DNA of 20,000 nt from Peribolospora baueri (Eukaryota), in contig JAMDHS010000039.1 of the NCBI GenBank assembly GCA_029717555.1, forward strand, positions 175,736-195,735. The letters are read 5' to 3'. Position 1 is the stretch's first letter, and each line of letters opens with the position of its first letter. Shown piece by piece: positions 19,931 to 20,000 of this stretch. The position numbers and the translations under genes were made by a program. The notes beneath the pieces were generated by a model that searched no databases, had not been told where the DNA came from, and worked only from the letters and a program-made list of their open reading frames with translations.

Positions 19931-20000
<70 letters not shown>
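19931..20000 (+). repeat. T70+ homopolymer running to the window end, inside MGS1 intron 14, preceded by (CGCTTT)3
   Basis: Read directly from the sequence. The intron donor GTGAGT is at 19811 and no acceptor leading to a recognisable next exon is visible. Confidence 0.85.

Noticed and set aside
1..20000. CRISPR array, transposon, tRNA/rRNA, or a functional gene cluster linking the five genes
   Set aside because: No repeat-spacer pattern, transposase or RT motifs, LTRs or cloverleaf structures were seen, and the genes have unrelated functions.

Overview
GC-rich, intron-dense, microsatellite-rich eukaryotic DNA, most likely from a basidiomycete fungus. I traced five protein-coding genes by hand through GT-AG splice sites, and all exon phases close. 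(1) An intronless ~505-aa low-complexity, probably nuclear protein (minus, 214-1731). (2) A 7-exon ADAM/reprolysin-disintegrin membrane metalloprotease (minus, 4311-8055). (3) A 7-exon uncharacterised protein (minus, 8768-10699). (4) A 10-exon DENND6-like DENN protein (minus, 11393-15459). (5) Divergently from it, an Mgs1/WRNIP1 UBZ-AAA+ ATPase (plus, from 16644), cut off at a 70-nt poly-T run at the window end. The two most interesting observations are that gene 3 looks like a fusion of a tubby/LURP-like beta-barrel to an Alba/Rpp25-like nucleic-acid-binding domain, and that 14 PacC/Rim101-type GCCARG sites cluster upstream of gene 1, partly within a palindrome flanked by telomere-like inverted arms. 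No mobile elements, RNA genes or CRISPR arrays were seen. Most ORFs in the supplied track are GC or repeat artefacts. Family assignments come from remembered motifs, not database searches.
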